A stretch of 64,000 nucleotides of DNA from Acidobacteriota bacterium (lineage in GTDB: Bacteria > Acidobacteriota > Vicinamibacteria > Vicinamibacterales > UBA2999), in contig JANLWW010000179.1 of NCBI GenBank assembly GCA_031364805.1, positions 3,159 to 67,158 of the forward strand, given 5' to 3'. Positions 38,846 to 49,464 of the stretch are shown piece after piece. The position numbers were made by a program, and so were the translations under genes. The notes under the pieces are model-generated. The model searched no databases and had not been told where the DNA came from. It saw nothing but the letters and a program-made list of their open reading frames with translations. Numbering within the stretch: position 1 is the stretch's first letter; every line of letters starts with the position of its first letter.

Positions 38846-39732
38846 AAATATCCCTCCCGCTTTTTCTTCTCCATCGATCCTGGTTGATCGGTGTCGATCA
38901 GCCGCCCCTGTCGCTCGGAGGACGAGGCTGCGGCGGTTTCGGCGATGATCTCGGCGACCGTGGTGGCGCGGCTTTCAATGGCACCGCTGAGCGGGTAACA
39001 CCCAAGCGTGCGGAACCGCACCGAGCGTCGCTCGGGCCGCTCCCCCTCGGCGAGCGGCAACCGGCCGTCGTCCACCATCACGAGTGTGCCGCCGCGATTG
39101 ACCACGGGTCGATCCTCGGCGAAGTACAGGGGCACTACCGGGAGCTGCTCGCGTTCGATGTAGTGCCAGATGTCGAGCTCGGTCCAGTTCGACAGCGGAA
39201 ACACGCGAATGGTTTCGCCTGGGCGGATGCGCATGTTGTAGATGTTCCAGAGCTCGGGACGCTGGGCCTTGGGGTCCCAGCGGTGGCCGGCCGACCGGAA
39301 CGAGCAGATCCGCTCCTTGGCGCGCGAGGTTTCTTCGTCGCGCCGGGCGCCGCCGAGGATCACGTCGAAACGACCGAGGTCGAGCGCCTGCTTCAGGGCC
39401 TCGGTTTTCATCACATCCGTGTAGTAACTCGAGCCATGGGTGAACGGGTTAATCCCCGCGGCCAGCCCCACCTCGTTGCGATGCACGATCAGACGCATGC
39501 CGGATTCGCGGGCCATGCGTTCGCGGTGCGCGTACATGGCTTGGAACTTCCACGTGGTGTCGACGTGGAGCAGAGGAAAGGGGGGCGTCGAGGGATGGAA
39601 GGCCTTGCGCGCCAGGTGCAGCAGGACGGACGAGTCCTTGCCAATGGAATAGAGCAGTACCGGGCGCTCGGCGCCCGCCACGGCTTCACGGAGAATCTCG
39701 ATGCTCTCCGATTCCAGGACGTCGAGCGCCAT
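38842..39732 (-). CDS. cysD: sulfate adenylyltransferase subunit 2
   Basis: [17 protein letters not shown]...[20 protein letters not shown] (PAPS-reductase-fold SGGKDS-like motif) ... [13 protein letters not shown] ... WNIYN. 4-nt overlap with cysNC. Confidence 0.9.
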   Translation of the reverse strand: MALDVLESESIEILREAVAGAERPVLLYSIGKDSSVLLHLARKAFHPSTPPFPLLHVDTTWKFQAMYAHRERMARESGMRLIVHRNEVGLAAGINPFTHGSSYYTDVMKTEALKQALDLGRFDVILGGARRDEETSRAKERICSFRSAGHRWDPKAQRPELWNIYNMRIRPGETIRVFPLSNWTELDIWHYIEREQLPVVPLYFAEDRPVVNRGGTLVMVDDGRLPLAEGERPERRSVRFRTLGCYPLSGAIESRATTVAEIIAETAAASSSERQGRLIDTDQPGSMEKKKREGYF

Positions 39733-39888
39733 TTGCTGCCCATGATCGCACAGCCTCGCGACTTCTCGCAGGACCGTTGATACGATCGCGGCATGCGACC
39801 CCGCTGCCCGTAGCCGGTGAAGCGAATGTGACCGGCCGAGACGGCGGCAGGCCCCGACGACGGCGGCGTTGAGCCTTTATGTTGGCCA

Positions 39889-39916
39889 AGAGGCCGCTAA
39901 TACGGCCTATCGTCCT
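39889..39916. repeat. 28-nt hairpin-containing intergenic repeat, copy B (AGAGGCCGCTAATACGGCCTATCGTCCT)
   Basis: Near-identical to 253..280 in the same orientation on the + strand. Stem AGGCCG/CGGCCT. Confidence 0.7.
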
Positions 39917-39937
39917 TCTCCTGATCGCGCCTCGAGT

Positions 39938-40093
39938 TTACCGAAGCAGGCCGAGCGTGAGCCAGGGCACGTAAGTGACCAGCAGCACGGCGATCGCAAG
40001 CACAAGCAGCATGGGCAGCGTCGCGCGCGCGACGTGCAGAACCGGCTTGTTGAATCGATACGACGACAGGAACAGCTTCAGGCCGACTGGAGA
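39938..40093 (-). pseudogene. 3'-terminal remnant (about 51 codons) of a TRAP transporter large permease (DctM/TatQM-like) gene
   Basis: The translation SPVGLKLFLSSYRFNKPVLHVARATLPMLLVLAIAVLLVTYVPWLTLGLLR* matches the conserved DctM C-terminus pattern (G.NLF..S......V.R..LPF.......L..TY.P..SL.L). No upstream remainder of the gene is present. Confidence 0.6.
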
Positions 40094-40100
40094 GGCCGAG

Positions 40101-40847
40101 CGCGAGCCCGAGATAAGGACCCGGCGACCGGCCCTTCTGGATCTGGACCGCGCGTGCAAAGTGTTGCCGCGCGCGTTCCTCAGAGCCTCCCATCGCTTCG
40201 CCCTGGCTCTCGACCGTCATGAGTAACTCGTGAAGCGCGCCGTTGCCCCATCTGTCGTCGAGCGCCCGCGCGCGCTCGCCAAGCGCACGAACGACCGGCC
40301 AATCGATCACCAGCTCCGGATGGTCAAGGCCGCCAAGCGAAATGGCCGCGCCGAGCGAGGCCGCCGACCAATACAGGAGCGGGACCTGCGCTTGTTTGGC
40401 CGCAGCCACGGCCGCGGCTGGATCGCGTTTCAGCTTGGCCGCGAGGTTCCCAAAACGAACCTCGAGGCCGCGCCAGCAGTAGTCGCGCCCACGCAGGCTC
40501 AGGTTCAACGCCCGCTGCTTGTATTGTCGCGACCGCTCGTAGTCGTCGAATTGCTTCTCCTCCGCGTGGACCTGGACGAAGGCAAACGCGTACTGCGTAT
40601 ATGCCGCGCACGTGGCGGTGAGCAGCGGTTCGTGCGTCGGAATCGAGTCGAGCAGCGATTCGTAGAGTGTCAGAGCAAAGGGCAGTGCCCCTTCAATCAG
40701 CTCGGGATCGCTGTGGGAGGTGAATGTCGTTCCGCCCGCCGACAGCGTGTTTGCCACGCTCTTGACCGCGGAAGTCCGGATGGCCCCGCAGCCGCTTACC
40801 AGTAGCGCGGCCGCGAGCACCAACCAATGCGCGCCACTCCCGCTCAT
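40101..40847 (-). pseudogene. TRAP-transporter TatT-component family lipoprotein, 3'-truncated
   Basis: Lipobox LLVSGC. SDPELIEGALPFALTLYESLL..YTQYAFAFVQ..PLLYWSAASLGAAISL..GALHELLMTVES..MGGSEERARQHFARAV follows the TatT family up to ..SPGPYLGLA. After that the ORF (to 39897) reads as Arg/Ala-rich off-frame sequence instead of the conserved C-terminal part of about 55 aa. Confidence 0.65.
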
Positions 40848-41374
40848 CGCCGCCGCATGTTGAAGCCGGCGAGCGCGCTGACGCGCACCCCGGACTTCGA
40901 CGGGACTACGGCGAGATTCAGCGGAAAGTTCAGATTACCCGAGCGGAGCGTGATCCCTGCGGTCACGGCCAGGGCCACGCCGACGGGCGTGACGTTGGGG
41001 CCGACGCCGAACTCGGTGCCATTCCTCGCCCGCAGACCCACGAGCCAGGTCAGGCTCGGCAGCACCGTGCCTTGCTCCAGTCCTCCGAGCAGCAGCACCC
41101 ATTCCGTCACGGGTGTGATTCCGTTGTCGCTGCTCTCAAACCGCTTCTCGAATTGCCAGCCGAACTGCGTAATGAACGGGCCGATGTCCTTGAACTCGTT
41201 GTCAAGGTTGTCCTTGAGTTTGTCGACGATGCCGGGGCTGAGGAAGGTGACGCCGAAACGAGGTCCGGAGAGCTTCACCGGTTCGTCGACTGGCCCCGGC
41301 AATTGCTGGGCGCCGGCCGTCGTCGACATCGCGAGAGCCAGCGCGCCGATGATCCATCTGCTTGTCATCACCAT
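40844..41374 (-). CDS. hypothetical small outer-membrane beta-barrel-like protein
   Basis: Signal peptide MVMTSRWIIGALALAMSTTAGAQ. Alternating beta-strand pattern. 4-nt overlap with the tatT start. Confidence 0.5.
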   Translation of the reverse strand: MVMTSRWIIGALALAMSTTAGAQQLPGPVDEPVKLSGPRFGVTFLSPGIVDKLKDNLDNEFKDIGPFITQFGWQFEKRFESSDNGITPVTEWVLLLGGLEQGTVLPSLTWLVGLRARNGTEFGVGPNVTPVGVALAVTAGITLRSGNLNFPLNLAVVPSKSGVRVSALAGFNMRRR

Positions 41375-41477
41375 CTCCTTGAAGCCAGAAGAGCGAAACG
41401 CTCTCTTCGTGGAGTTCTATGGTGTGAGGCGAGGCGTGAGGAAGTCCTGACCGTGCCGCTGAAAAACCCTGAAGGGC

Positions 41478-42917
41478 TTACGCGGAGCGGCTGCTAAGAA
41501 GCGTCAGCACGGGGGCCCACTCGGCCGGATGTGCCGCGACCTGCAGAAACGGATCGACACGAAGCATCCATCCCGAACTGCCCACCGGCGCGGCTTCGAG
41601 CGCCGCGTACATGCGAGAGGCCGCCGCTGCGTGACTGCCGGCGAGCGCTTCGCACACGGCTTCGACAGTCGCGGCCTCGACGCTGCCGCCCTGCGCGCGA
41701 AGATGTCCGAGACGCGCGGCCAGGGCGGTGTTCCCGGCCGCCGCGAGCGCCAGTGCGTAGCCGGAGACGTTGGCCAACGCATGGTCAAAGGCGGCCAGGG
41801 CGGCGTCGCGGTCGTCCTGTCGCAAGCGAAGGGCGCCGACCGCGCACCAGGTGTGGGCGCAGACCTCACGCGTGTAAATGTGAGCCGCGTCTTCAAGCGC
41901 GAGCTCGCGTTCGAATTCCTGCAAGGCCGCCGCCTCGTCACCGCGCGCCAGGCGAACGAGCCCCAGCAGGAAATGCAGGCCCGATGTGCCGAAGCGCGAT
42001 CCGCGTTGCTGGCGGTCCTGCGCAACGGTGCCGGATTCCAGCTCCCGCTCAGCCTCTTCGAGCGCCCCGCGTGCAACATGCACGGTGGCCGCCAGCCAGT
42101 GGCCGAAGGCAAACCCGGGCAACAACTTCAGCGCCCGCCTGGCCGCACGCAGCCGTTCCTCGCCCCAGCTCACGTATGAGAGCCGCAAGTGATGGCGCCA
42201 GTTCTCGTCTTCGAGGCTGATGGAACGCCGCGCGGCCGCGATGCCCTCGGCGGTCAGGCGGGCCTGTGACGAGACCGCCCCCAGTGTGGCCCAGGCTTCC
42301 CCGGATGAGGGATTGATCCGGCAGGCTTCGCGCGCGTGCTGCACGGCTTTTGTCAGCGCCTCGCGATCCGGCTCGTCATCGGCACGTGTGGACTCGAACC
42401 GCAGTGCGTAAGCATTAGCGAGGCCGACGTGCGCAGGGCCGTAATCCGGCGTACCCGCGAGGATGCCCTCGAACACGGCTTGCGCGCGGCCGACCGCGTC
42501 ACGCTCGAACGATTCGAGCGCCGTCCGCCCTTCGATGAACGCCCGATGCGGCGCGAGCAGCGCCTCCAGCGCGGCGTCGCCGGCGCGCGACGACATGCGA
42601 GTCACCGGCACGCGGAAACGGTAGCCGCGCCTAGCGAGGGTTTCGATGTACGGCTCGCCGTCCGTCGCGGGACCAAGAGCACGCCGCAAGCTCGAAATCG
42701 CCTGCTCGAGGCTGTTATCGCCGACCGCGACCTCCTTCCACGCGACGTCGAGCAACGCGTCTTTCGACACGACCTTGCCTGCTCTTGTCACGAGCAGTAA
42801 CAGGACCGCAGCCTGGCGGTCAGGCAGGGCCAGCGGTTCGCCGTCGCGCGACAGCCGGGACGCTTCGGCGTCGAAGCGAAACGGCCCGAATGTGTAGGAC
42901 GCCCCCGGCACCGGCAA
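41478..42917 (-). CDS. winged-helix (OmpR/CadC-type) DNA-binding transcriptional regulator with C-terminal TPR-like domain
   Basis: YTFGPFRFDAEASRLSRDGEPLALPDRQAAVLLLLV...VSKDALLDVAW...IETLARRGYRF is a trans_reg_C domain. The remainder is helical-repeat-like. Confidence 0.8.
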   Translation of the reverse strand: MPVPGASYTFGPFRFDAEASRLSRDGEPLALPDRQAAVLLLLVTRAGKVVSKDALLDVAWKEVAVGDNSLEQAISSLRRALGPATDGEPYIETLARRGYRFRVPVTRMSSRAGDAALEALLAPHRAFIEGRTALESFERDAVGRAQAVFEGILAGTPDYGPAHVGLANAYALRFESTRADDEPDREALTKAVQHAREACRINPSSGEAWATLGAVSSQARLTAEGIAAARRSISLEDENWRHHLRLSYVSWGEERLRAARRALKLLPGFAFGHWLAATVHVARGALEEAERELESGTVAQDRQQRGSRFGTSGLHFLLGLVRLARGDEAAALQEFERELALEDAAHIYTREVCAHTWCAVGALRLRQDDRDAALAAFDHALANVSGYALALAAAGNTALAARLGHLRAQGGSVEAATVEAVCEALAGSHAAAASRMYAALEAAPVGSSGWMLRVDPFLQVAAHPAEWAPVLTLLSSRSA

Positions 42918-43110
42918 ATCCTACCCGGTCTGTCATCGGCTGCGCAGAGTTTTTCAGCGTTCTCATCAGGGTCACGCTCGGCCTGATGCCGACACCGTCG
43001 GTTGGGACGGCGGAGGCGCAGGATAGTACCGCGACAGAGTCAACTCGTTGAGCCGCTTGGGACAGCCCATCGAGGTCACGACCATCGGACAATCAGCGCC
43101 CACTCCGCGG

Positions 43111-45210
43111 CTAATCGATCGCTGTTTGATCGGCGACGTGCCCGCGCTCGGCCTTCGCCGTGGCCACGATCTTCTGCTGCATGTGAACCGGCACTTCGTC
43201 GTAGTGCGAGTACTCCATGTGGTACGAGCCGCGGCCGCCGGTCACCGACGTCAAATGCTGTTCGTAGGTCAGCATCTCCGCCATCGGCACCTGCGCCTTG
43301 ATCACCGTGGTCTGGCCCCTGGCTTCCATGCCCGAGATGCGGCCGCGTCGGCCGTTGAGATCGCCCATCAGGTCGCCGGCGTGATCGCCAGGGGCGCAGA
43401 TCTCGACGTTCATCACCGGCTCGAGCAATACCGGATGCGCCTTCGACATGGCGTCCTTGAACGCCAGCCAGCCGGCCGTTTTGAACGACAGCTCGTTGGA
43501 ATCGACGTCGTGGTACGACCCGTCGTAGAGCACGACGCGGAAGTCCACCACCGGATACCCGGCCAGGTAACCGCGCAGGCGTGATTCCTGAATACCCTTT
43601 TCCACCGCCGGAATGAACTGCCGCGGGATCGAGCCGCCGAACGTCTCGTTGACGAACTCGAATTCACTGCCGCGCGGCAGCGGCTCCATGCGGATCTTGC
43701 AGTCACCGAACTGGCCGTGGCCGCCGGTCTGCTTTTTATGGCGGCCGTGCGCCTCGACCCGGGCGGTGATGGTCTCGCGATATGGAATGCGGGGCGGCTT
43801 CAGCACGACATCCACGCTGAAACGCCGCTTCAGCTTCGCCACCGTCACCTCGATGTGCAGCTGGCCCTGGCCGGCGAGCAGCAACTCGTGGGTCTGCGGA
43901 TCGCGCTGGTAGTGGATGCTGCCGTCCTCTTCTTCGAGGCGATGCATCGAGGTGCTGATCTTGTCTTCGTCGCCGCGGCTCTTGGGCTCGATCGCGTACG
44001 ACAGCACCGGCTCCGGGAACGTGATCGGCGGGAACGTGATGCCGGTGGATTTCTCGGCCAGCGTGTCGTTGGTGCGCGTGTCTTTCAGCTTCGCCACCGC
44101 ACCGAGGTCGCCGGCTCTCAGCTCGGGGACGTTGGTGGCGGTCTTGCCCTGCATGACAATCAGGTGGCCGAGCCGCTCCGGCTTGTCCTGCGAGGCATTG
44201 TGCACGGTGGAATCAGCCTTGAGCACGCCCTGGCAGACACGAAACATGGTGATGCGACCGGCGAACTGATCGGCCACGGTCTTCCACACGAACGCGGCGT
44301 AGGGCGCGTTGTCATCGGCTGGCCGCGAGACGGTGTCGCCGCCGGCCAGCGCCGAGAACGGCCGTTCCGCGGGCGATGGCAGGTAGGCGACCAGGGCATC
44401 GAGCAGCGGCTGGACACCGGCGTTCTGCATGCCCGACGCGCATACCAGCGGGAAAATCTTCGCCGCCCGCGTGGCGGCGGCAAGCCCCCGCAACAGTTCC
44501 TCCTGCGTCAGCGTGCCGGCGTCGAAGAAGTGCTCCATCAACGTCTCGTCGGCCTCGGCCACCATTTCGATCAGGGCCATGCGCGCTGCTGCGGCCGTTT
44601 CGGCGAGGGCCGGCGGCACAGCGCCTTCGGTCAGCTTGCCGGATCCGTCGCCGGCAAACGTGCGGGCCGTCATCGTCACCAGATCGATGACGCCGGTGAA
44701 CGCCTTGGCTTCGCCGATCGGTAGCTGGATGGGGATGATGCTGCGGGCCAGCCTCTGGCGCACCGAGTCGAGCGTGCGCTCGAGTGACGCGCGATCGCGA
44801 TCGAGCCGATTGATGACGACCAGGCGGGGCAGCGCCAGTTCGTCGGCCGCCGCCCATGCCTTCTCGGTCTGTACTTCGACGCCGGCGACGCCATCGACCA
44901 CCACGACGGCCGCGTCAGCCACCCGCAACGCCGCGCGCGCATCGGCAAAGAAGTTACCGAAGCCGGGCGTGTCGATCAGGTTGATCTTGGTCTTGTTCCA
45001 CTCGGCATAGGCGAGACTGGCCGAGAGCGTGTGCTTGCGGATGACTTCTTCGTCGTCGTAGTCGGTGACCGTGGTTCCCTCGTCCACCAGGCCGAGGCGG
45101 TTGACCATCCCGGCGTCGAACAGCAGAGCCGATACCAACTGCGTCTTGCCAGACCCGCCGTGCCCCACCACGGCCACGTTGCGAATGCTGGCAGCGTCGT
45201 AGACCCTCAT
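43111..45210 (-). CDS. elongation factor G paralog (EF-G2-like)
   Basis: ATG 45210 preceded by GGGAGG. G1 VVGHGGSGKT, G3 DTPGFGNF, NRLD. All EF-G domains II-V are recognisable in the 699-aa product. Confidence 0.85.
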   Translation of the reverse strand: MRVYDAASIRNVAVVGHGGSGKTQLVSALLFDAGMVNRLGLVDEGTTVTDYDDEEVIRKHTLSASLAYAEWNKTKINLIDTPGFGNFFADARAALRVADAAVVVVDGVAGVEVQTEKAWAAADELALPRLVVINRLDRDRASLERTLDSVRQRLARSIIPIQLPIGEAKAFTGVIDLVTMTARTFAGDGSGKLTEGAVPPALAETAAAARMALIEMVAEADETLMEHFFDAGTLTQEELLRGLAAATRAAKIFPLVCASGMQNAGVQPLLDALVAYLPSPAERPFSALAGGDTVSRPADDNAPYAAFVWKTVADQFAGRITMFRVCQGVLKADSTVHNASQDKPERLGHLIVMQGKTATNVPELRAGDLGAVAKLKDTRTNDTLAEKSTGITFPPITFPEPVLSYAIEPKSRGDEDKISTSMHRLEEEDGSIHYQRDPQTHELLLAGQGQLHIEVTVAKLKRRFSVDVVLKPPRIPYRETITARVEAHGRHKKQTGGHGQFGDCKIRMEPLPRGSEFEFVNETFGGSIPRQFIPAVEKGIQESRLRGYLAGYPVVDFRVVLYDGSYHDVDSNELSFKTAGWLAFKDAMSKAHPVLLEPVMNVEICAPGDHAGDLMGDLNGRRGRISGMEARGQTTVIKAQVPMAEMLTYEQHLTSVTGGRGSYHMEYSHYDEVPVHMQQKIVATAKAERGHVADQTAID

Positions 45211-45300
45211 GGCCAATACCCTCCCGGGCGACACCACGCCCGATACGGTCATCTTACTGCCGCTCGATGGCGCCCGGGGAAGGGCAAAATGCTGCCTTCC

Positions 45301-46605
45301 TTACTCGTACCTGAGCGCCTCGATCGGGTCGAGGCGCGAGGCGCGCCAGGCAGGGATCATGCCCGAAATGATGCCCACCGACGCGGAGAACCCCAGGCCG
45401 AGCGCGAAGCTCCACCAGGGGAGCGATACCGGAAACCCCGAAATCAGGTTGACGGTCAGGCCGATGGCGCTGCCCATCACCACGCCGAGGAGGCCGCCGA
45501 TGCTGGTCAAGACGACTGCCTCGATCAGGAACTGGACCAGGATCTCGAACCTGCGCGCGCCGATCGCCTTGCGCACGCCGATCTCACGGGTCCGTTCGGT
45601 CACCGAGATGGTCATGATCGCCATCACGCCGATGCCCCCCACCATCAGGGCGATTGACGAAATCACCACCAGCGCGAGCAGTAGCGCTGCCGAGATCTGG
45701 TCCCACACCGCAAGAATGGCGTCGGAGGTGACCACGTCAAAGTCGTTGGGCTGGTCGAGCGTGAGGCCGTGCCGAATGCGCATCACCGCCTCGACGTCGC
45801 GGATGGCCTCGGCGCGATCCACGCCCTCTCGCGGCACGATCGCAATCATCGCTGGCAGGCCGCCGAATGGCCCGCGGCGGACCCGTTCGTTGCCAAATTG
45901 CTTGCGGAAGGCAGTAAACGGGACGATCGCGAAGTCGTCCTGGCCGAGGCTGAAGCCGCCCATCGCGGGCCGCTTGTCGACCACTCCGAGCACCGTGTAC
46001 GCGATCGTCCCGATGCGAATGTCCTTGCCAACAGGATCGATGCCGCGCTTTGCGAACAGCGCGTCGTAGACGTTGTAGCCGATCACGGCGACGGTCCGGT
46101 TACGCCGCACTTCCTGTTCGGTGAACGAACGGCCGGCGAACATCTTGGCGAAGTTCACGTCGACGTATCGCTCGGTCGTGCCCATGATCGCGGCGGGCCG
46201 CGTGCGCTCGCTGCGGTAGAACATCCGTTCAGTGATCGGCTGCGGCGGTCCGGCGCCGAGCCAGATATCGACCATTGCCGCCGTCGTCGCCAGCCGCTCG
46301 ACGGCCTCGGCATCCGCCACGGTAAGGCTGGGTCGCCGCATCAAGGCCTGGAACGAGGCGCCTGCCGACAAGCTGATGCCACTGAACCGCGCCAGCATGA
46401 TGGTGTTCGGGCCTAGCGAGTTGATCGAATCGCGCAGCGACGAGTCGAAGCCGCGAATCAGCGACGTCATACCGACGATCGAGGTGACACCTATTACTAC
46501 GCCCAGCACGGTGAGCGCCGACCGCATCTTGTTGCCGCGCAGCGTGCCCATGGCCATGTCGGCCGTCTCGCGAAAGAGCGCGAACTGCTTGGTGAGGGCA
46601 GACAT
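45301..46605 (-). CDS. MacB-like ABC transporter permease (FtsX/MacB periplasmic core domain), no ATPase domain
   Basis: MSALTKQFALFRETADMAMGTLRGNKMRSALTVLGVVIGVTSIV ... C-terminal FtsX helices ending ASRLDPIEALRYE. Start chosen by alignment with the paralog at 46903..48201. Confidence 0.85.
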   Translation of the reverse strand: MSALTKQFALFRETADMAMGTLRGNKMRSALTVLGVVIGVTSIVGMTSLIRGFDSSLRDSINSLGPNTIMLARFSGISLSAGASFQALMRRPSLTVADAEAVERLATTAAMVDIWLGAGPPQPITERMFYRSERTRPAAIMGTTERYVDVNFAKMFAGRSFTEQEVRRNRTVAVIGYNVYDALFAKRGIDPVGKDIRIGTIAYTVLGVVDKRPAMGGFSLGQDDFAIVPFTAFRKQFGNERVRRGPFGGLPAMIAIVPREGVDRAEAIRDVEAVMRIRHGLTLDQPNDFDVVTSDAILAVWDQISAALLLALVVISSIALMVGGIGVMAIMTISVTERTREIGVRKAIGARRFEILVQFLIEAVVLTSIGGLLGVVMGSAIGLTVNLISGFPVSLPWWSFALGLGFSASVGIISGMIPAWRASRLDPIEALRYE

Positions 46606-46606
46606 G

Positions 46607-46870
46607 CTATCTGCGCTTGCGGCGGGCCGCGACATTGTGCGATCCAGCCGCGAGGTCGGGGAGGTTGCCGTCGCGGTCTTCAACGTCCCGTTCACCGGTC
46701 CGCTCTTCGAGAATAATCTCAATCGCGGCCCGGCGCCGATCGTCGAGCAGTTCTGTCATCATCGCGCCGGCAGCCGGACCGACGGTCACGCTCCGCCGGC
46801 GCAGTCGCCACGCGCCGATGATCAGAAAGAACGCAAGCAGCAGGTAGCCGAGAGTGAAGTAGCGGTGCAC
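46607..46870 (-). CDS. hypothetical small membrane protein (87 aa)
   Basis: GTG start with GGAAAGG upstream. One TM helix YFTLGYLLLAFFLIIGAW followed by a charged tail. Its stop lies 1 nt before the next permease start codon. Confidence 0.4.
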   Translation of the reverse strand: MHRYFTLGYLLLAFFLIIGAWRLRRRSVTVGPAAGAMMTELLDDRRRAAIEIILEERTGERDVEDRDGNLPDLAAGSHNVAARRKRR

Positions 46871-46902
46871 GGTCGTTGAACCTTTCCGAACCCCTCAGAA
46901 CC

Positions 46903-48201
46903 TTACTCGTATCTGAGCGCCTCGATCGGGTCGAGGCGCGAGGCGCGCCAGGCGGGCAGCATGCCGAAGAAGATGCCGATCGAGGCCGAAAAGCCCAGCC
47001 CGAGCGCAAACGACCACCAGGGCAGCGAGACCGGGAAGCCGGAAATCAGGTTCACGACCAGGCCAATGGTGCTGCCCATGAGCACGCCGAGAATGCCGCC
47101 GACCGACGTCAGCACAGCAGCTTCAATTAAGAACTGCACCAAGATCTCGCGCCGGCGCGCGCCGATCGCCAGGCGGACCCCGATCTCACGCGTGCGCTCG
47201 GTCACCGAGATGGTCATGATCGCCATCACCCCGATGCCGCCGACCATCAGCGCGATTGACGAGATGACGACCAGGGCCAGCAGGATGGCGGCGGAAATCT
47301 GGTCCCACACCGCGAGAATGGCGTCAGAGGTGACGAGGTCGAAGTCGTTCTCTTTGTCGAGCGTGAGTCCATGACGGATGCGCATGATCGCCTCCACCTC
47401 GCGCATGGTGTCCTCGCGTGCCACGCCTTCGCGGGGTAGTACCGCGATCATGATCGGCATGCCGAACGGCCCGCGCTGGACGCGCTCGTGTCCGAACTGC
47501 TTGCGGAATGCCGTGTACGGCACGATCGCGAAATCGTCAGCGCCGCCAAACCCGCCCGGAGACGGCCGCTTGCCGACCACGCCGAGTACTGTGTACTCGA
47601 CGGTGCCGATGCGGACCGTCTTGCCGATCGGGTCGATGCCGCGTTTCGCGAACAGCGCCTCGTAGGGGCCGTAGCCAATCACGGCCACCGGCCGGCCACG
47701 CTGCACTTCCTGCTCGGTGAACGAGCGACCGGCCTGCATCTTGGCAAAGTTGATCTCGACGTACTTTTCGGTCGTGCCCAGGATGCCGAGGGGGCGCGTC
47801 CGCTCGCCACCATAGAAGATGCGTTGCACGGGCGGCTGGCCGGGTCCAGCGCCGAGCCAGATGTCAGTCATGCCAACCGTGGTGCCGAGGCGCTCGATCG
47901 CATGCATATCGGCAAGCGACAGGTTGGGGCGGCGCATCAGTTCCATGAACGACTTGCCCGACGAGAAACTCAGGCCGCCGAACTTCTGCACGAAGATGGT
48001 GTTCGGGCCGAGCGAGCTGATCGAGTCGCGCAGCGACGAGTCGAAACCGCGGATCAGCGACGTCATGCCGACGATCGAGGTCACGCCAATCACCACGCCG
48101 AGGACGGTCAGCGCCGAACGCATCTTGTTGGCGCGCAAGGTGTCGAACGCCATCGTCGCGGTTTCGCGCAGCAGTGCGATCTGTTTGGTTAATGCGGCCA
48201 T
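46903..48201 (-). CDS. MacB-like ABC transporter permease, tandem paralog
   Basis: Colinear with 45301..46605 along the whole length, roughly three-quarters identical residues by eye. Same N- and C-terminal motifs. Confidence 0.85.
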   Translation of the reverse strand: MAALTKQIALLRETATMAFDTLRANKMRSALTVLGVVIGVTSIVGMTSLIRGFDSSLRDSISSLGPNTIFVQKFGGLSFSSGKSFMELMRRPNLSLADMHAIERLGTTVGMTDIWLGAGPGQPPVQRIFYGGERTRPLGILGTTEKYVEINFAKMQAGRSFTEQEVQRGRPVAVIGYGPYEALFAKRGIDPIGKTVRIGTVEYTVLGVVGKRPSPGGFGGADDFAIVPYTAFRKQFGHERVQRGPFGMPIMIAVLPREGVAREDTMREVEAIMRIRHGLTLDKENDFDLVTSDAILAVWDQISAAILLALVVISSIALMVGGIGVMAIMTISVTERTREIGVRLAIGARRREILVQFLIEAAVLTSVGGILGVLMGSTIGLVVNLISGFPVSLPWWSFALGLGFSASIGIFFGMLPAWRASRLDPIEALRYE

Positions 48202-48228
48202 GGTGTTGGTCTAGGCTTTCAGATCGCT

Positions 48229-49452
<1,224 letters not shown>

Positions 49453-49464
49453 AGATGCCCTGGC

